A stretch of DNA of 64,000 nucleotides from an uncultured Solirubrobacterales bacterium. GTDB lineage: Bacteria; Actinomycetota; Thermoleophilia; Solirubrobacterales; 70-9. The translations under genes were made by a program, and so were the position numbers. The stretch lies in assembly GCA_963777575.1 (NCBI GenBank), contig CAVZRH010000012.1, positions 14,714-78,713 on the forward strand. Reading direction: 5' to 3'. Position 1 is the first letter of the stretch. Every line of letters begins with the position of its first letter. This document shows, piece after piece, positions 62,708 to 64,000 of the stretch. Under the pieces are notes generated by a model. That model saw nothing but the letters and a program-made list of their open reading frames with translations, searched no databases and was not told the DNA's origin.

Positions 62708-62956
62708 ATGGCTCAGATGCGAATGCGACAGAGCATGGCTCAGATCGAGCTGGCGCTCGAGCAGGAGATGGCGCTCGAGCGTCGCCGGCGAGAGCAGCTG
62801 CGAAAGCGCGCGGTCAACCGATCGCGGGCCCGTCGCATCACGCGCTACGAGTCGCGCGGCCGGGTGCGGTTCAGCGTTCTCCTCATCTGCCTGACGATCA
62901 CGGTCGTGACCGTGGTCGTGGCGATGTTCGAGACGCTGGCCTGGCTGATGGGCTAG
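62708..62956 (+). CDS. Small membrane-anchored hypothetical protein
   Basis: A charged N-terminal helix followed by one TM segment (FSVLLICLTITVVTVVVAMF). The start is uncertain (TTG 62678 or ATG 62708). Confidence 0.45.
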   Translation: MAQMRMRQSMAQIELALEQEMALERRRREQLRKRAVNRSRARRITRYESRGRVRFSVLLICLTITVVTVVVAMFETLAWLMG

Positions 62957-63058
62957 TGCGAGGGTGCCCGTAAGGGCAACCCGTCTTACGGCGAAGCCCG
63001 TCAACCGACTTCGGTGCTCGAGGCTGTTGACAACCGGAATCCGCTGTGCTTTAGTGAC

Positions 63059-63069
63059 TGACTAAGTCA
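63059..63069. promoter_or_regulatory. 11-bp palindrome abutting the tetR start codon; candidate TetR operator
   Basis: tgact-a-agtca, flanked by the direct repeat gtgact (63055 and 63071). The GTG start at 63071 follows immediately, so a leaderless transcript is possible. Confidence 0.3.
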
Positions 63070-63070
63070 A

Positions 63071-63706
63071 GTGACTAAGACTGTTGTCAGCACGGAAGCA
63101 GACGCCGGCATCGGCCGGCCCTCGGTCAGGGAGGCCAATGTCGAAGCCTTTCTCGACGCCGCCGAGCGGCTGCTGGTCAGGGAGGGAGCAGCCGGGATCT
63201 CGACGCGACAGCTTGCGCGGGAAGCCGGGCAGAACCACGGACTCGTCCACTACTACTTCGGCTCCGTCGACGAGCTGCTGCTTCAGGCATTGGAGCGCTT
63301 CACGGGCCGCGTTCTCGAACGCCAGCGGGCGATGTACGCGACGGACGCGCCCTTCGCCGAGAAGTGGCGGACCGCGGTCGGCTATATCGAGGACGACCTC
63401 GCCGCCGGCTACCCCAAGGTCTGGGCCGAGCTCGAGGCGCTCGCCTGGGACCGCCCCGAGCTGCGCGACCGGCTGCGCGGTGTCAGCGACAGATGGCGCT
63501 CGCTGCTGCGCGACGCGCTCGCCCAGGCGATCGAGGAGTACGGCCTCGACGACGACCGCTTCACGGCCGAGGCCTGGGCGGCGCTGGTGATGCAGTTCCA
63601 GAAGGGCCTGCTGAACGAGCGGCTGCTCGGCTTCGACCGTGGTCATTCCGAGCTGCTGGCGGCGATCGACGGCTGGCTCACAACACTGGAGGAGGGAAGG
63701 TCATGA
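63071..63706 (+). CDS. TetR family transcriptional regulator
   Basis: ISTRQLAREAGQNHGLVHYYFGSVDELL (TetR HTH). 211 aa. Its stop overlaps the next start (ATGA). Confidence 0.9.
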   Translation: MTKTVVSTEADAGIGRPSVREANVEAFLDAAERLLVREGAAGISTRQLAREAGQNHGLVHYYFGSVDELLLQALERFTGRVLERQRAMYATDAPFAEKWRTAVGYIEDDLAAGYPKVWAELEALAWDRPELRDRLRGVSDRWRSLLRDALAQAIEEYGLDDDRFTAEAWAALVMQFQKGLLNERLLGFDRGHSELLAAIDGWLTTLEEGRS

Positions 63707-64000
63707 CCACGATCACGGAACCCACCGTCGCGCCCCCGCCAGCTGACCGAGCGATCGGCCACGCCGGCGAGCAGAGCCGCGCCGTCTACCCCGCCACCGA
63801 GGGGTTTGTCGAGCGCGACGGCGAGCAGCTCTTCTACGAGGTCTACGGCGACGGCGAGGAGACGATCTTCCTGCTGCCGACCTGGTCGCTGGTCCACTCT
63901 CGCCACTGGAAGATGCAGATCGCCTACTTCGCGCGCCACTTCCGGGTCCTGACGATGGATGGCCTCGGTAACGGGCGCTCCGATCGTTGCAAGGACCCGA
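63703..64000 (+). CDS. Alpha/beta hydrolase (N-terminal part; continues beyond the window)
   Basis: The frame from the ATG at 63703 reads MTTITEPTVAPPP...GFVERDGEQLFYEVYGDGEETIFLLPTWSLVHSRHWKMQIAYFARHFRVLTMDGLGNGRSD and is open to the window end. Confidence 0.7.
   Translation, partial: MTTITEPTVAPPPADRAIGHAGEQSRAVYPATEGFVERDGEQLFYEVYGDGEETIFLLPTWSLVHSRHWKMQIAYFARHFRVLTMDGLGNGRSDRCKDP

Overview
High-GC, actinobacterial-type chromosomal segment (third codon positions are almost all G/C; G+C judged by eye, not computed). It is densely coding on both strands, with about 65 protein genes and 2 tRNAs. I found no rRNA, CRISPR array, intact IS element or prophage.

Main contents:
- Housekeeping and metabolic genes: ppx/gppA, recQ, typA, a DEAD-box helicase, cspA, an acyl-CoA desaturase, cfa, a TPP enzyme, a class I aldolase and an R2-like di-metal protein.
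- Many one-gene regulators: MarR x2, TetR, HxlR, XRE and ROK.
- Efflux and transport genes.
- An intact 9-kb sugar-utilisation locus (40.8-49.9 kb): SIS protein, ABC importer, GH4 6-phospho-beta-glucosidase, BadF-type kinase, MsiK-like ATPase and ROK regulator.

Main observations:
1. About 17 otherwise well-conserved genes are interrupted by frame changes in the sequence as given. This is either uncorrected indel error or real gene decay.
2. Two paralogous zinc-ribbon plus HTH-like small proteins flank a UPF0104/flippase-like membrane protein (33.6-35.4 kb). This is my best candidate for an undescribed module.
3. An ECF sigma factor is fused in frame to a ZAS anti-sigma domain, a roughly 100-aa Gly/Ala tract and a Ser/Lys repeat tail (53.3-55.1 kb).
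4. A free-standing double-motif LAGLIDADG gene sits between tRNA-Leu and a marR gene (50.2-51.1 kb).
5. A zinc-ribbon rhomboid homologue appears to lack the catalytic Ser and His (58.7-59.4 kb).
6. The initiator tRNA-fMet carries a 42-nt direct repeat that bounds a gutted integrative element holding only a serine-recombinase tail (2.8-4.0 kb).
7. A lower-GC stretch with a DUF3427 fragment and no clean ORFs lies next to recQ (25.9-28.1 kb).
8. A promoter-to-terminator structured RNA candidate lies at 5.09-5.32 kb.

All functional calls come from motif recognition by eye in the supplied translations. No database search was run.
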